In this document: positions 9,332-17,790 of the stretch, in pieces
How the letters are laid out: every line of letters starts with the position of its first letter
Position numbering within the stretch: the stretch's first letter is position 1
Assembly: GCF_029232205.1 (NCBI RefSeq)
Contig: NZ_CP107255.1
Span: 780,001 to 812,000 of the forward strand
Reading direction: 5' to 3'
DNA length: 32,000 bases
Source: Candidatus Saccharimonadota bacterium
GTDB taxonomy: Archaea > Nanohalarchaeota > Nanosalinia > Nanosalinales > Nanosalinaceae
Notes under the pieces: model-generated
What the model saw: only the letters and a program-made list of their open reading frames with translations
What the model was told of the DNA's origin: nothing
The model's database searches: none
Program-made: the position numbers and the translations under genes

Positions 9332-9961
9332 ATGAAAGCCATAGTCTTCGACATGGACGGAGTAATAGCAGAGACCGAAAAGTTTCACACAGAGGCCAAA
9401 CAAGAGGTACTGGCTGACCACGGAATCGAAACAGACGCAGAAGAACTAGAGGAAAAATACGCAGGAACACCCTCAGAAAACATGTTCAAACAAGTCTTCA
9501 AAGAACACAACATAGATGCAGACCACGAAGAAGCCGCAGCCAGAAAAAGACAGACATACCACGAAATCATACAGGGCCAGATACACGAAATAGAAGGAGC
9601 AAAAGCCCTGATCCAGGAACTTTCAGAAAATCACGAACTGGTCCTGGCCTCTTCTTCAGCTCGCAGAAATATTCAAATGATACTGAAAAGTACAGGCCTG
9701 GAAGAATACTTTATCGAAACACTGAGTGCAAAAGATGAAGGTATAAATGGCAAACCTGAGCCTGACATATATCTAGAGGCCGCCGAAATACTGGAAGAAA
9801 AACCTGAAAACTGCGTGGCAATTGAAGACAGCGACAACGGAATAAAATCAGCAAAAAAGGCCGGAATGAAGGTAGTAGGATTCAGAAATCAGAGGCCTGA
9901 AACAGATCTATCCATAGAATCTTTCGAAGATCTAAGCGTCGAGAGGTTGAAACAGCTATGA
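9332..9961 (+). CDS. HAD-superfamily hydrolase, subfamily IA (beta-phosphoglucomutase/phosphatase-like)
   Basis: Motif I FDMDGVIAETE, motif II LASSS, and motif III/IV K...AIEDSDNGIKSAKKAGM. Confidence 0.85.
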   Translation: MKAIVFDMDGVIAETEKFHTEAKQEVLADHGIETDAEELEEKYAGTPSENMFKQVFKEHNIDADHEEAAARKRQTYHEIIQGQIHEIEGAKALIQELSENHELVLASSSARRNIQMILKSTGLEEYFIETLSAKDEGINGKPEPDIYLEAAEILEEKPENCVAIEDSDNGIKSAKKAGMKVVGFRNQRPETDLSIESFEDLSVERLKQL

Positions 9962-10395
9962 TCTTCAGAAAAATAATGAAGAACTACATAGAAAAATACG
10001 GTGCTACAATACTTGGAAACCTGCTATGGCCCCCGGTATCCTCAGCAGTACTTGCAGAAGGAGAACACAACGACATACTGGCCCTTGATACCGGCGACCA
10101 CTACAAACTTCCTGGAGGCCTCATCAATTCAGGAGAAGATATGAGAGAAGCTGCTAAAAGAGAGGCGCTGGAGGAGACAGGTTTCAACGTTGAAATAGGA
10201 GATCTTCTGGACGTCAGAGTAGGAGATCAAACAGGCAGTATAACATTCTTCTTTGAGGGAAAGGTGATTGATGGAGAAAAAGATGGTTCCTGGGAGGGAA
10301 GGCCTGAATTCATAGATAAAGAAGAAATGAAGGATAAGATGTGGAAACTTGAGCACTCACACGTGCATGAGTACCTGTTTCCCAACTCGGAGTAA
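9958..10395 (+). CDS. Nudix hydrolase
   Basis: Intact Nudix box GGLINSGEDMREAAKREALEETGF (G-x5-E-x7-REUxEExGU). ATGA overlap with the HAD gene. Confidence 0.85.
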   Translation: MIFRKIMKNYIEKYGATILGNLLWPPVSSAVLAEGEHNDILALDTGDHYKLPGGLINSGEDMREAAKREALEETGFNVEIGDLLDVRVGDQTGSITFFFEGKVIDGEKDGSWEGRPEFIDKEEMKDKMWKLEHSHVHEYLFPNSE

Positions 10396-10398
10396 GGA

Positions 10399-11640
10399 TT
10401 ACTTTTCTTCTTCCTCTTTCTCTACTTCTCTCTCAGCTTCCTTCTCAAGGTTAGGCATCATATCCTTGGTGTCAGCGGCCTCAGCAATTTCAGAGGTATC
10501 AACGTTAGGCCCAAGATCCTTCTTCTTGTCCTCTTTCATCTTCTGGATATCCTTGCCTACTTCAGAGACAAAGTCTCTGGTCTCACTCTTCAGCTCGTAA
10601 ATCTCTTTCTCATCAACTTCATCAAGTTCCTTGGCCTTGACCTTCTCAATTACATCCTCCCAGCGGCCAAACATCTCAATGTGCTCATCGCCAACATCAA
10701 GATTATCTTCAACTACTCCAGGCAAGTCATCCTTATCTTCCGGAGGTGTGACACCTTGCGATTTAAGGGCTGCCACGTTGGCCTTGAGGAACTTCTTGTA
10801 GTCATCGACGATGCCCTTGACCTTCTTCCTTGCTCCCATCTGGGATACAAGTTTATGCATTCTGCGGACAAAGTCATCAGTCTTCTCAAGATGATCTTCA
10901 ACAGCCTGGCCCGTAACTTCTTCAGGATTTTTCTCTCCCAGATTTCCGAACTCGTGAAGCTCTCTTCCAATCTCCACATACTCTTCCTCAAGCATTCCCT
11001 GCTCTACAAACATCTCCTCAAGAGTATCCGGAACATTCTCCTTCGCAGGAGGAGCTTTCCCAGCAAGCATGATAGGGGCCTGACCTGCGTTGGCCATGGC
11101 CTGTTCAAGCTTGTGAGGAATTGAAGACCGGAAATTCTTCTCGGCCTTCTTGTAACCTGCAGCACCCATCTTCAACCTTTTCTTGACAGATTCCTGAGTT
11201 CCAGAAATCTTTCCTCTCTCAAGAAGCCTCTTTGCCGGCATGAAAAGGCCTGTATCGTATACAGGCTGGCCATTCCTGATTGCTTCGATTGCCAGAGGCT
11301 CTCCTTTTCTCAGAGAGTCCCAGAAATCAGTTAGGAATGGGAAATACTGAATAGTAATCCTGTCATCCGTTTCCTTAGCCAGATCAGTTACTTTACGCCT
11401 GATTTTCTTTTTGGCGTCTTCAGGTACATCCTTCTTCAATTTAGTATCGTCTAGTATTACAAGAGTGTCTATATCAGAGTCATAGCCGTGCTCTCCTTTA
11501 GGCACGCTTCCCCAGACAGCTACAACCTTTACTTTGTCTCCTAGTTTTTCCTGCAGCTTGTCAGAGAACTCCTCGACAGCTTCGATTCTTCTCTCCTGAG
11601 ATTTCTCTCTCATCTCCTTCAGTTTGTCTTTAGAACTCAT
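10399..11640 (-). CDS. Pol-beta-type nucleotidyltransferase fused to a HEPN-like helical domain, with a long charged C-terminal extension
   Basis: VVAVWGSVPKGEHGYDSDIDTLVILDD matches the GS-x(9-10)-D-x-D minimal NTase motif. It is followed by PLAIEAIRNGQPVYDTGLF and a helical segment (AEKNFRSSIPHKLEQAMANAGQAPIMLAGKAPP...MFVEQGML) resembling KNTase/HEPN-type C-domains. The last ~150 aa are charged helices ending EREVEKEEEEK. Confidence 0.7.
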   Translation of the reverse strand: MSSKDKLKEMREKSQERRIEAVEEFSDKLQEKLGDKVKVVAVWGSVPKGEHGYDSDIDTLVILDDTKLKKDVPEDAKKKIRRKVTDLAKETDDRITIQYFPFLTDFWDSLRKGEPLAIEAIRNGQPVYDTGLFMPAKRLLERGKISGTQESVKKRLKMGAAGYKKAEKNFRSSIPHKLEQAMANAGQAPIMLAGKAPPAKENVPDTLEEMFVEQGMLEEEYVEIGRELHEFGNLGEKNPEEVTGQAVEDHLEKTDDFVRRMHKLVSQMGARKKVKGIVDDYKKFLKANVAALKSQGVTPPEDKDDLPGVVEDNLDVGDEHIEMFGRWEDVIEKVKAKELDEVDEKEIYELKSETRDFVSEVGKDIQKMKEDKKKDLGPNVDTSEIAEAADTKDMMPNLEKEAEREVEKEEEEK

Positions 11641-11705
11641 TGATCAACCACATTAACCTCTTAGTCAAGACAAACTTAAAAACTTTTGCAATTATTTGTT
11701 ACCTC

Positions 11706-12122
11706 ATGGTAAATAATATCTGGGATAGGCTTCTTGACGAGAGCAAGAGAACCAGAAGTCTTCCAGGCCAGCTCAGATTTCTGCGTAAAACCTCTGAAGC
11801 AGATAATATTGCTTTGATGGGCAGCGACTACAACGAGAAAAACTTCTCAGATTTTGAGGAGACAGTTTTCGAGAACTACTCAGAGAACAACAACGCCAGG
11901 CTTTTTGCTTCCGAAGAATACAGAGAGGCCGTAGAAGAATCGGACAAGATTCACGAAGACAGTGTTTTCTTTTTCGATTATCCTGCACCAAGCCACCAGA
12001 TATCAGATATTTTCGTAAACTCAATCAACGGAGATAATACAGTGGCGTACGGGCCTAGAGAACACATAGATGAACTAGCAGATTTTTCCCCTGACAGAGT
12101 CAAAGGATTCTACAGAGAATAA
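11706..12122 (+). CDS. Hypothetical acidic protein (138 aa)
   Basis: ATG at 11706 lies about 25 nt downstream of the A/T-rich ACTTAAAAACTTTT. The ORF-track start at 11640 would abut the divergent NTase start codon. No recognisable motif. Confidence 0.55.
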   Translation: MVNNIWDRLLDESKRTRSLPGQLRFLRKTSEADNIALMGSDYNEKNFSDFEETVFENYSENNNARLFASEEYREAVEESDKIHEDSVFFFDYPAPSHQISDIFVNSINGDNTVAYGPREHIDELADFSPDRVKGFYRE

Positions 12123-12126
12123 AAAT

Positions 12127-14808
12127 TTACTTGTATTCCTCAGATTTCCACTCCATAGGCCTGTTGCCTGCCTGATCTATAGCTCCCGAACCCGTTGACG
12201 TGTTGTCGAAGTCCTCAGTCTGAAGAAGGCCGTCAAGAGGATCAAAGGCGTGCTCCTCGATCTTGGCCCATTCACGATCATAGCTTGAACGATCCATTCC
12301 GAAGAATCTGGCAATTAAGGCCTCTTTCTCGCTTCTGTAGTTTTCTCCCGGGTTGACATTGCTTGGATCAAGTTCTTCTGGAGTTACGCCTAGTGCAATC
12401 ATATCCATGGAGAGTCTCATCATGTAGCTTGATTCTCCTTTGTGCTCTGCAAGTTCGAAAAGAATTGTGGCTCTTTCACCAGGATTTCTCGCAAAGCCAT
12501 TCTCCACAAACCAGTGAAGCCATTCATAGATCAAAGTATTCCCTCTCTTGAAAGAACCGTGATGAGTACCTCGCTGACCTTCAACTCCAGGATCCATCAA
12601 GTGGTACTGTCTAAGCGTTTTCGCTATAGGCTTATCGGAGTCCAGCTCCAGCTCACTGTAATCAGAGGCCAGTTCCTTCTCCTGCTCGATAAACCTCTCC
12701 ATATCCCATTCAGGGTCAACTCCAAGAGATGCAACGTGCTCCATGTCAATAGTGAACTTTGCAGGCCTCTCATCGATCTCAGAGCTCAAGTGATCAAGGC
12801 CTCCAAGCTCTCCCTCCTCATCAAGTCTTTGACGAGCCGTCATGTTTATCGCATGAGCTGCAACAGCAATATCCTTCGATCTGAAAATTCTCAGCTTGTT
12901 TTGAGGGCTGCCGTTCATACTCTCCAAGTTAACTCCTATTCCAAATCTGTTCATCCAGTCAATCCACGTCCAACCCTCATTCTCAACCTCTTCAACCTCA
13001 TCGCTGTCAAGGCCTAGATCTCTTCCACGAACGTTGAAATGGCTCTTTCTCTGGGTGAAGTGGGCCCAAGCATAGCACGCAGAGGTCGCTGCAGCCACAT
13101 CCATTCTGAATTCATCGCTGTGCTCCAGCAAATCCATGTAGTGGTAAGTATCATCGTCGTTATCGTCGTAAACACCGTTTCTAACGTTTTTCAGATCTAT
13201 TTCAACATCTATATCGATATCATCTCTTTCCTCCCATTTCTCAACCAGAACCTCCCAGATGAATTCCGGGGCCTCCCAGCCCTTATGCGCATCGTGATCA
13301 TCATTGCTGCTGGCTGCCATCCAGGCCGGAATTATCTGGTAGAAAATTGTTGATTCTTTCCACATTTCTCTCTGGAACCTCTCATCATTTATCAGCCTTT
13401 GAACGAGATCTTCATGCATATACTCTTCGTCAATTCCTTCCCTATCTTCTGCGTCAAACAAGCTTAGGTCATCGCCTGAGAAAACATCCTCAGCGAGTTC
13501 CTCAATACCGTATTCCTGTTTTCCAATCTGGTACGCGTTCTCAAGAAGCCTGATCTGCTTTACCTCCAGGTGGCTCTGAAGACCCGCCCACTTGGCCTCC
13601 TGAGTCATGTAGCGTTCGTCTTCATCATCAGTGTCCTCCCAGAGCTTCAAAAGAAGATCATCTAGTTCTTCAATCACTCCGGATACTACAGAATCCAGAT
13701 CAACTTCGTCCTCGAGATCAGACATCAAGGCATCCATATCCGAGTGAAGATCAGGATCGCTAAGATTCTTTACAATTACGCCAGCTATCTCTCTTTGCCC
13801 AGTATTCCTTATTTCAAAGACCGAGTCATCCAGAAAGTTCAATCTAGGCCTGTTGCCCATACTCTCCATGAAATCCTCTAGACTCATCGATCTTACCCGA
13901 TCAAGACCATCATAATCATCACTTGCATCTTTAGTGGCCCTAAAAACTGGCATTTCCCAGTCAGAATTACTTAGAACCTCTCTCCAGTTTGTACCTGTAC
14001 CCTGATCTTGGCTTCTGGCCACAAGTACTGCACCTATTTTTTCTTCTATATCTTTGGCTTCATCCCGAAATATCTGCTCGGCAGCCTTGTGTTGGGCCTC
14101 TTTCCAGCGTCTATCAAATTTATCAGAGTATGAGGCAAATGTCTGATAGAACTGAAATGGATAGCTTGCTGTTTCCAGAAATAAAGTATAGTAGAGATTT
14201 CTCAGGAATCCAGGATTTTTGTAAATATTCTGCGAATGATGGTTCCTCTTCTTTCTCGAAGTCTCATCATAGTCGTTGGTTGTGAAACCGAAAGGATCGA
14301 CTCCTACGTCGGTCTCCATTCTTTCTTCTAGCGGAGGCAGCATCGAAGTGGAGATGTGAGGGTTTATTCTTCCAATATGGAATAGTGGTTCTCCGTTACC
14401 TCTTCTCTCAACTTCTTTCTTGAAAGCAGCCAGCTCCTGCAAATAGTTAGTAAAGTATTCCTCAACAGTATCGTATCCGTATTGCTCTCCCTGCCCGCTT
14501 TTCTGGGCGGAGGCGTATCCAGCATTCATATCGCTGTGAAGTGTTACATCGATACCAAGCTGATCGATTGTGGCAATCATCTCATCTCCTTCAAGATTGA
14601 AGGTCGAGGGATTAGTAATCTGAAGCTCCATTACAGAGCCTCCAACCTGAGACGCATAGCCAATTCTCTGGTCAAGAGGAGTCGGAACCTCTCCAACATC
14701 CATAGCCGAAGAGTTTCCAATCATGTAGTTAAGATCATCGTAGCCATCGCTGTTGCTCTCTCCCTCATTTCCAAAACTCTTCTTTACCGCGTCAAGAATA
14801 AATCCCAT
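12127..14808 (-). CDS. Large (893 aa) acidic protein; the N- and C-terminal parts resemble a split xylose isomerase-like / AP endonuclease 2 (Endo IV-type) TIM barrel around a ~400-aa insertion
   Basis: Ordered strand-end motifs: VMELQ, DVTLHSD (H91), RINPHIS (H151), FLETAS (E212) or GVNLES (E629), FTIDMEHV (D688/H691), YHLMDP (H736/D739), THHGSF (H749/H750), ILFELA (E785). This is pattern-based only. Confidence 0.5.
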   Translation of the reverse strand: MGFILDAVKKSFGNEGESNSDGYDDLNYMIGNSSAMDVGEVPTPLDQRIGYASQVGGSVMELQITNPSTFNLEGDEMIATIDQLGIDVTLHSDMNAGYASAQKSGQGEQYGYDTVEEYFTNYLQELAAFKKEVERRGNGEPLFHIGRINPHISTSMLPPLEERMETDVGVDPFGFTTNDYDETSRKKRNHHSQNIYKNPGFLRNLYYTLFLETASYPFQFYQTFASYSDKFDRRWKEAQHKAAEQIFRDEAKDIEEKIGAVLVARSQDQGTGTNWREVLSNSDWEMPVFRATKDASDDYDGLDRVRSMSLEDFMESMGNRPRLNFLDDSVFEIRNTGQREIAGVIVKNLSDPDLHSDMDALMSDLEDEVDLDSVVSGVIEELDDLLLKLWEDTDDEDERYMTQEAKWAGLQSHLEVKQIRLLENAYQIGKQEYGIEELAEDVFSGDDLSLFDAEDREGIDEEYMHEDLVQRLINDERFQREMWKESTIFYQIIPAWMAASSNDDHDAHKGWEAPEFIWEVLVEKWEERDDIDIDVEIDLKNVRNGVYDDNDDDTYHYMDLLEHSDEFRMDVAAATSACYAWAHFTQRKSHFNVRGRDLGLDSDEVEEVENEGWTWIDWMNRFGIGVNLESMNGSPQNKLRIFRSKDIAVAAHAINMTARQRLDEEGELGGLDHLSSEIDERPAKFTIDMEHVASLGVDPEWDMERFIEQEKELASDYSELELDSDKPIAKTLRQYHLMDPGVEGQRGTHHGSFKRGNTLIYEWLHWFVENGFARNPGERATILFELAEHKGESSYMMRLSMDMIALGVTPEELDPSNVNPGENYRSEKEALIARFFGMDRSSYDREWAKIEEHAFDPLDGLLQTEDFDNTSTGSGAIDQAGNRPMEWKSEEYK

Positions 14809-14810
14809 TT

Positions 14811-16421
14811 TTATTTCATCGTATTCAGGCCGTTTCCGATTTTGAAATCATAGTAAAACGAGTTAGTGATCTGGCCCTGCAGCTCTCCAAGAGCCGCGCC
14901 AGAATCAATTACATACTCATCTGTCTCTCCAAGGAATTTTCGCAACTTGAGCTCTACACCTGAGTAAAATTCAGGGCCTCCACCACCATTCTCCTTGGAG
15001 AACTCGGTGCCGAGTATTTCATCTATTGCCTCTACATAGTCTTCATTTAGATAGTCTATCTCATCCAGGCCGTCCTCAATTCTTCTGATCTGTGAGGAAA
15101 GTTCAAGAGGGACGCTGCCTTCTACCTCGTCTTCGATGGCCTGACGAAGTTCTCTTACCCTCATACCTTCTGATTCTCGGGCTTCCTTGAGTTCATCGCC
15201 AGTCTCCGATGAGAATTCGCCAGTATAGTTTTCCATCAGGTCTTTCATCCTGTTATCCATCTTGTCTATCTTCTCCTGGAATATCCCCTCGAAAATATGT
15301 TTGTCGACGATAGCAGGGAATATGAATACTACAGCTGTTGCAGGGCCTGCGGAGTTTTGCTGAGGTTGATCTCCGCCCGCTAGATTTACGTGCACTCCGT
15401 GAATATAGACTACTCGGTAGTGTGTTATTTCATCTTCGTTATCTGTTACAATTGGCTGGCCTTCTTCGCTTTTCAGGCCTCTGGCACATATGAACTCCAT
15501 GTTCTTCTCCATAGAGGCGTATCCGCCGAAAGTGTAGTATTTGGTCATTTCGTCGTAGTAGTCGCTCTCTTCTTTCTGATCAATCATCACCATGTCCTGA
15601 ACATAAGGCTGCAGCCAGTCATGAGTCTCTTCAATAGCTCTTTCAACTCTGTTAAGCTCTCCTTTCAGCTCTTCAAGTCTCTTCTGGACCTCGCTACCGT
15701 AGAGATCCTTCCAGTCCTCGTACATCTTGTACTTTTTCTTGAGAACAGCTTTCTCATTGGCCGGAATATCTCCAAGCTTATTACCTTCCTCAAGATCCTC
15801 CACAGACTCTATCTCATGGAAATCAGCAGTAATAGAAGGATAAATATTTCTCTCCTGCAAAGTCTTCATGGCGGCCTCTCCACCCTGCTGCGAACCTGCA
15901 TTCGCACCATCAACAAGCTCAACAAAATCAGACTTCAACTGAGTCTCATCCTTGGCCTTGATGGCCTCTACCCGCGACCTTAGCTTTCTGATATCGTGCT
16001 CTAGCATGTGTTTCTCTTTCTTCAAACGGCCGATACTCTGCATTTTTTCCTGAATATTTTGCTCGGCCTCCTTCCTTCTCTGCCGGAAAGATTGATGCAG
16101 CTGATTCTGAGGAGATATAAACACTTTTTCCTCAGTCTTCTTTACCGTATAATCCATATCATCGAACGCATCGGGCGCACCAAGAAGTATACCATAAGCT
16201 GTGCCACTGCTGCCGGCAGAAACCTTTAATTTATGCTGATGATCTCCCATGATAGGCCTTAGAAAGTCTGTTCCAATCTCATTCTCCAGCTCGTCCAACG
16301 AAGTGATTTCTCCACTTCTTATCTTCTTACCTATATCCTTGTCGCCTACCACGGCCTCTCCATTGACCTGAAATGTGTGGCCGAACTTGGGTTTTTCATC
16401 GCCGCTGTTTCCGTGACTCAC
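14811..16421 (-). CDS. Hypothetical 536-aa coiled-coil protein, first gene of a two-gene operon
   Basis: Long clean ORF with a GTG start (no in-frame ATG nearby). Its stop is 2 nt before the ATG of the 893-aa gene. Charged heptad-like segments include RRKEAEQNIQEKMQSIGRLKKEKHMLEHDIRKLRSRVEAIKAKDE and EVQKRLEELKGELNRVERAIEE. No P-loop or other enzymatic motif seen. Confidence 0.75.
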   Translation of the reverse strand: MSHGNSGDEKPKFGHTFQVNGEAVVGDKDIGKKIRSGEITSLDELENEIGTDFLRPIMGDHQHKLKVSAGSSGTAYGILLGAPDAFDDMDYTVKKTEEKVFISPQNQLHQSFRQRRKEAEQNIQEKMQSIGRLKKEKHMLEHDIRKLRSRVEAIKAKDETQLKSDFVELVDGANAGSQQGGEAAMKTLQERNIYPSITADFHEIESVEDLEEGNKLGDIPANEKAVLKKKYKMYEDWKDLYGSEVQKRLEELKGELNRVERAIEETHDWLQPYVQDMVMIDQKEESDYYDEMTKYYTFGGYASMEKNMEFICARGLKSEEGQPIVTDNEDEITHYRVVYIHGVHVNLAGGDQPQQNSAGPATAVVFIFPAIVDKHIFEGIFQEKIDKMDNRMKDLMENYTGEFSSETGDELKEARESEGMRVRELRQAIEDEVEGSVPLELSSQIRRIEDGLDEIDYLNEDYVEAIDEILGTEFSKENGGGGPEFYSGVELKLRKFLGETDEYVIDSGAALGELQGQITNSFYYDFKIGNGLNTMK

Positions 16422-16474
16422 ATCTACATTATAGGTTTAATTTCTACTTAAAATCTGGAGTCTTCTGGTAAACA

Positions 16475-16484
16475 AGTTAAATTA
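16475..16484 (+). promoter_or_regulatory. TATA-like box AGTTAAATTA upstream of the 157-aa membrane protein gene
   Basis: The identical 10-mer AGTTAAATTA recurs at 29244-29253 upstream of the NrtR-like gene. It lies about 40 nt before ATG 16521. Confidence 0.4.
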
Positions 16485-16520
16485 CTGGGCCTACAATTGT
16501 ATGATAGAGTGATTTAACCG

Positions 16521-16994
16521 ATGGAGACACCGCTGCTCAAGAGACGGCTTAACCCTATTCTACTGATTTCGACAGTTCTGACACTGGCCCTTATCGCAGG
16601 AATGTCAGTGGTTTACCAGGACCAGCTTAACAACCTTGTATCCAGCAAAAAAGACCTGCAGGAGGAGTTGAAGGATAAAGAACAGACAATCGACTCTCTG
16701 GAAAGCGAAAGACAGGATCTGGAAGAGAGAACATCAACGCTTAACAGCACTACAGCACAGCTTCAGGAAATAATAAACGAGAAAAACCAGACTATCGACG
16801 AGCAGCAAACCACGATAGGCGGCCTGAACACGAAAATCAATGAGCTTCAGACGACAAGAGATGAACTAAATAACACCGTCAATAATCTGAGAGGAAACCT
16901 AACAGACGTCCGAAGCGACATTAACGATGTTTGTGGCGACCCTAACATCGACAACCTAACTGAAGACAGCCAGGACATCTGTGACAACTACTGA
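16521..16994 (+). CDS. N-terminally anchored extracellular coiled-coil protein (157 aa)
   Basis: One TM helix (ILLISTVLTLALIAGMSVV) followed by Q/E/N/T-rich heptads. Five N-x-S/T sequons (NST, NQT, NNT, NLT, NLT). C-terminal Cys pair (VCGDP...ICDNY). Confidence 0.7.
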   Translation: METPLLKRRLNPILLISTVLTLALIAGMSVVYQDQLNNLVSSKKDLQEELKDKEQTIDSLESERQDLEERTSTLNSTTAQLQEIINEKNQTIDEQQTTIGGLNTKINELQTTRDELNNTVNNLRGNLTDVRSDINDVCGDPNIDNLTEDSQDICDNY

Positions 16995-17000
16995 TCTATT

Positions 17001-17744
17001 ATGAGAATTGAGAAACTGCTCAAACAGTTGAAGAGAGAATTTATCAAAGTAAACGTTATCCAGGCCTGCCTAGACACAATTCTATTCTTCCTCATATCCA
17101 ACCTGGGGCTTTTCTTCATCTCTGTCAGAATATTCGAAAACATAAGCAATCTCTACGCCCTTATGGCCCTGAGCACAGTATTCGGAATAATAGACTTCTA
17201 CAGAAGAAACCAGCGTTACAGACTTGAAATATACGAGGAGGAAAACCCCGAGCTGAGAGAAGTACTGAGAACCGCCAGAGACAACCTTGATCAGAGAAAC
17301 GTGGCATCTCAGGCCCTCTTCGACGATGTGATGGAGAGAGCACGATCAGTCACCTCGGAAAGCATAATCCCAAGCAAGGAAATCATCCAGAAAATTCTTG
17401 CAGTAGGAGGCCTTTGCTTCCTGACCGTTCTCTCCGGTGTAGCAGACATCAACCTCCAGAACGATACAAGAAATGTTTTCACAGATATCAGAGGTGGCGG
17501 ATCAGAAGGTGGCGGCAACTTCACTCTTGGAAACTCCTCAAAAATTGAAATAAGAGATGTAAATGCAAGCTATCCTGCAGCAAACTTCACTTTCGATGTT
17601 CAGGGCGAGGGAGAAAGCTCAAAGCCAGAGATAAGGCCTTATTCTTCACGTGAAAATATTCTCTACGAGTCTTCAACTGAGGGCCTTGATGAAGATCTTG
17701 ATCTTGCGCGAGAGTACAGTATTGCTATAAAGGAGTTCGAGTAG
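17001..17744 (+). CDS. Membrane protein (247 aa) with a sequon-rich extracytoplasmic segment
   Basis: Hydrophobic helices at about aa 25-45, 52-68 and 132-150. G-rich linker GGGSEGGG, then NFT, NSS, NAS, NFT sequons. Starts 6 nt after the preceding gene and lies upstream of moxR. Confidence 0.65.
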   Translation: MRIEKLLKQLKREFIKVNVIQACLDTILFFLISNLGLFFISVRIFENISNLYALMALSTVFGIIDFYRRNQRYRLEIYEEENPELREVLRTARDNLDQRNVASQALFDDVMERARSVTSESIIPSKEIIQKILAVGGLCFLTVLSGVADINLQNDTRNVFTDIRGGGSEGGGNFTLGNSSKIEIRDVNASYPAANFTFDVQGEGESSKPEIRPYSSRENILYESSTEGLDEDLDLAREYSIAIKEFE

Positions 17745-17757
17745 AGTGCTGCTTGAG

Positions 17758-17769
17758 AAATTTAAATAG
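17758..17769 (+). promoter_or_regulatory. TATA-like box AAATTTAAATAG about 27 nt upstream of the moxR ATG
   Basis: Position is consistent with a leaderless moxR transcript. Confidence 0.4.
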
Positions 17770-17790
17770 CTCGGGATTCAGTATTTAGTT

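Noticed and set aside
11640-11705. 22-codon extension of the 138-aa orphan gene.
   Set aside because: That start would sit back-to-back with the divergent NTase start codon and leave no promoter space. The ATG at 11706 lies at the right distance from an A/T-rich box.
10399-16421. Considered calling the NTase/orphan/coiled-coil/TIM-barrel block a mobile or defence island.
   Set aside because: I saw no integrase, transposase, tRNA attachment site, flanking direct repeats, or compositional break relative to neighbours. None of the proteins matches a defence-system signature I can recognise. It is therefore reported only as an uncharacterised operon.
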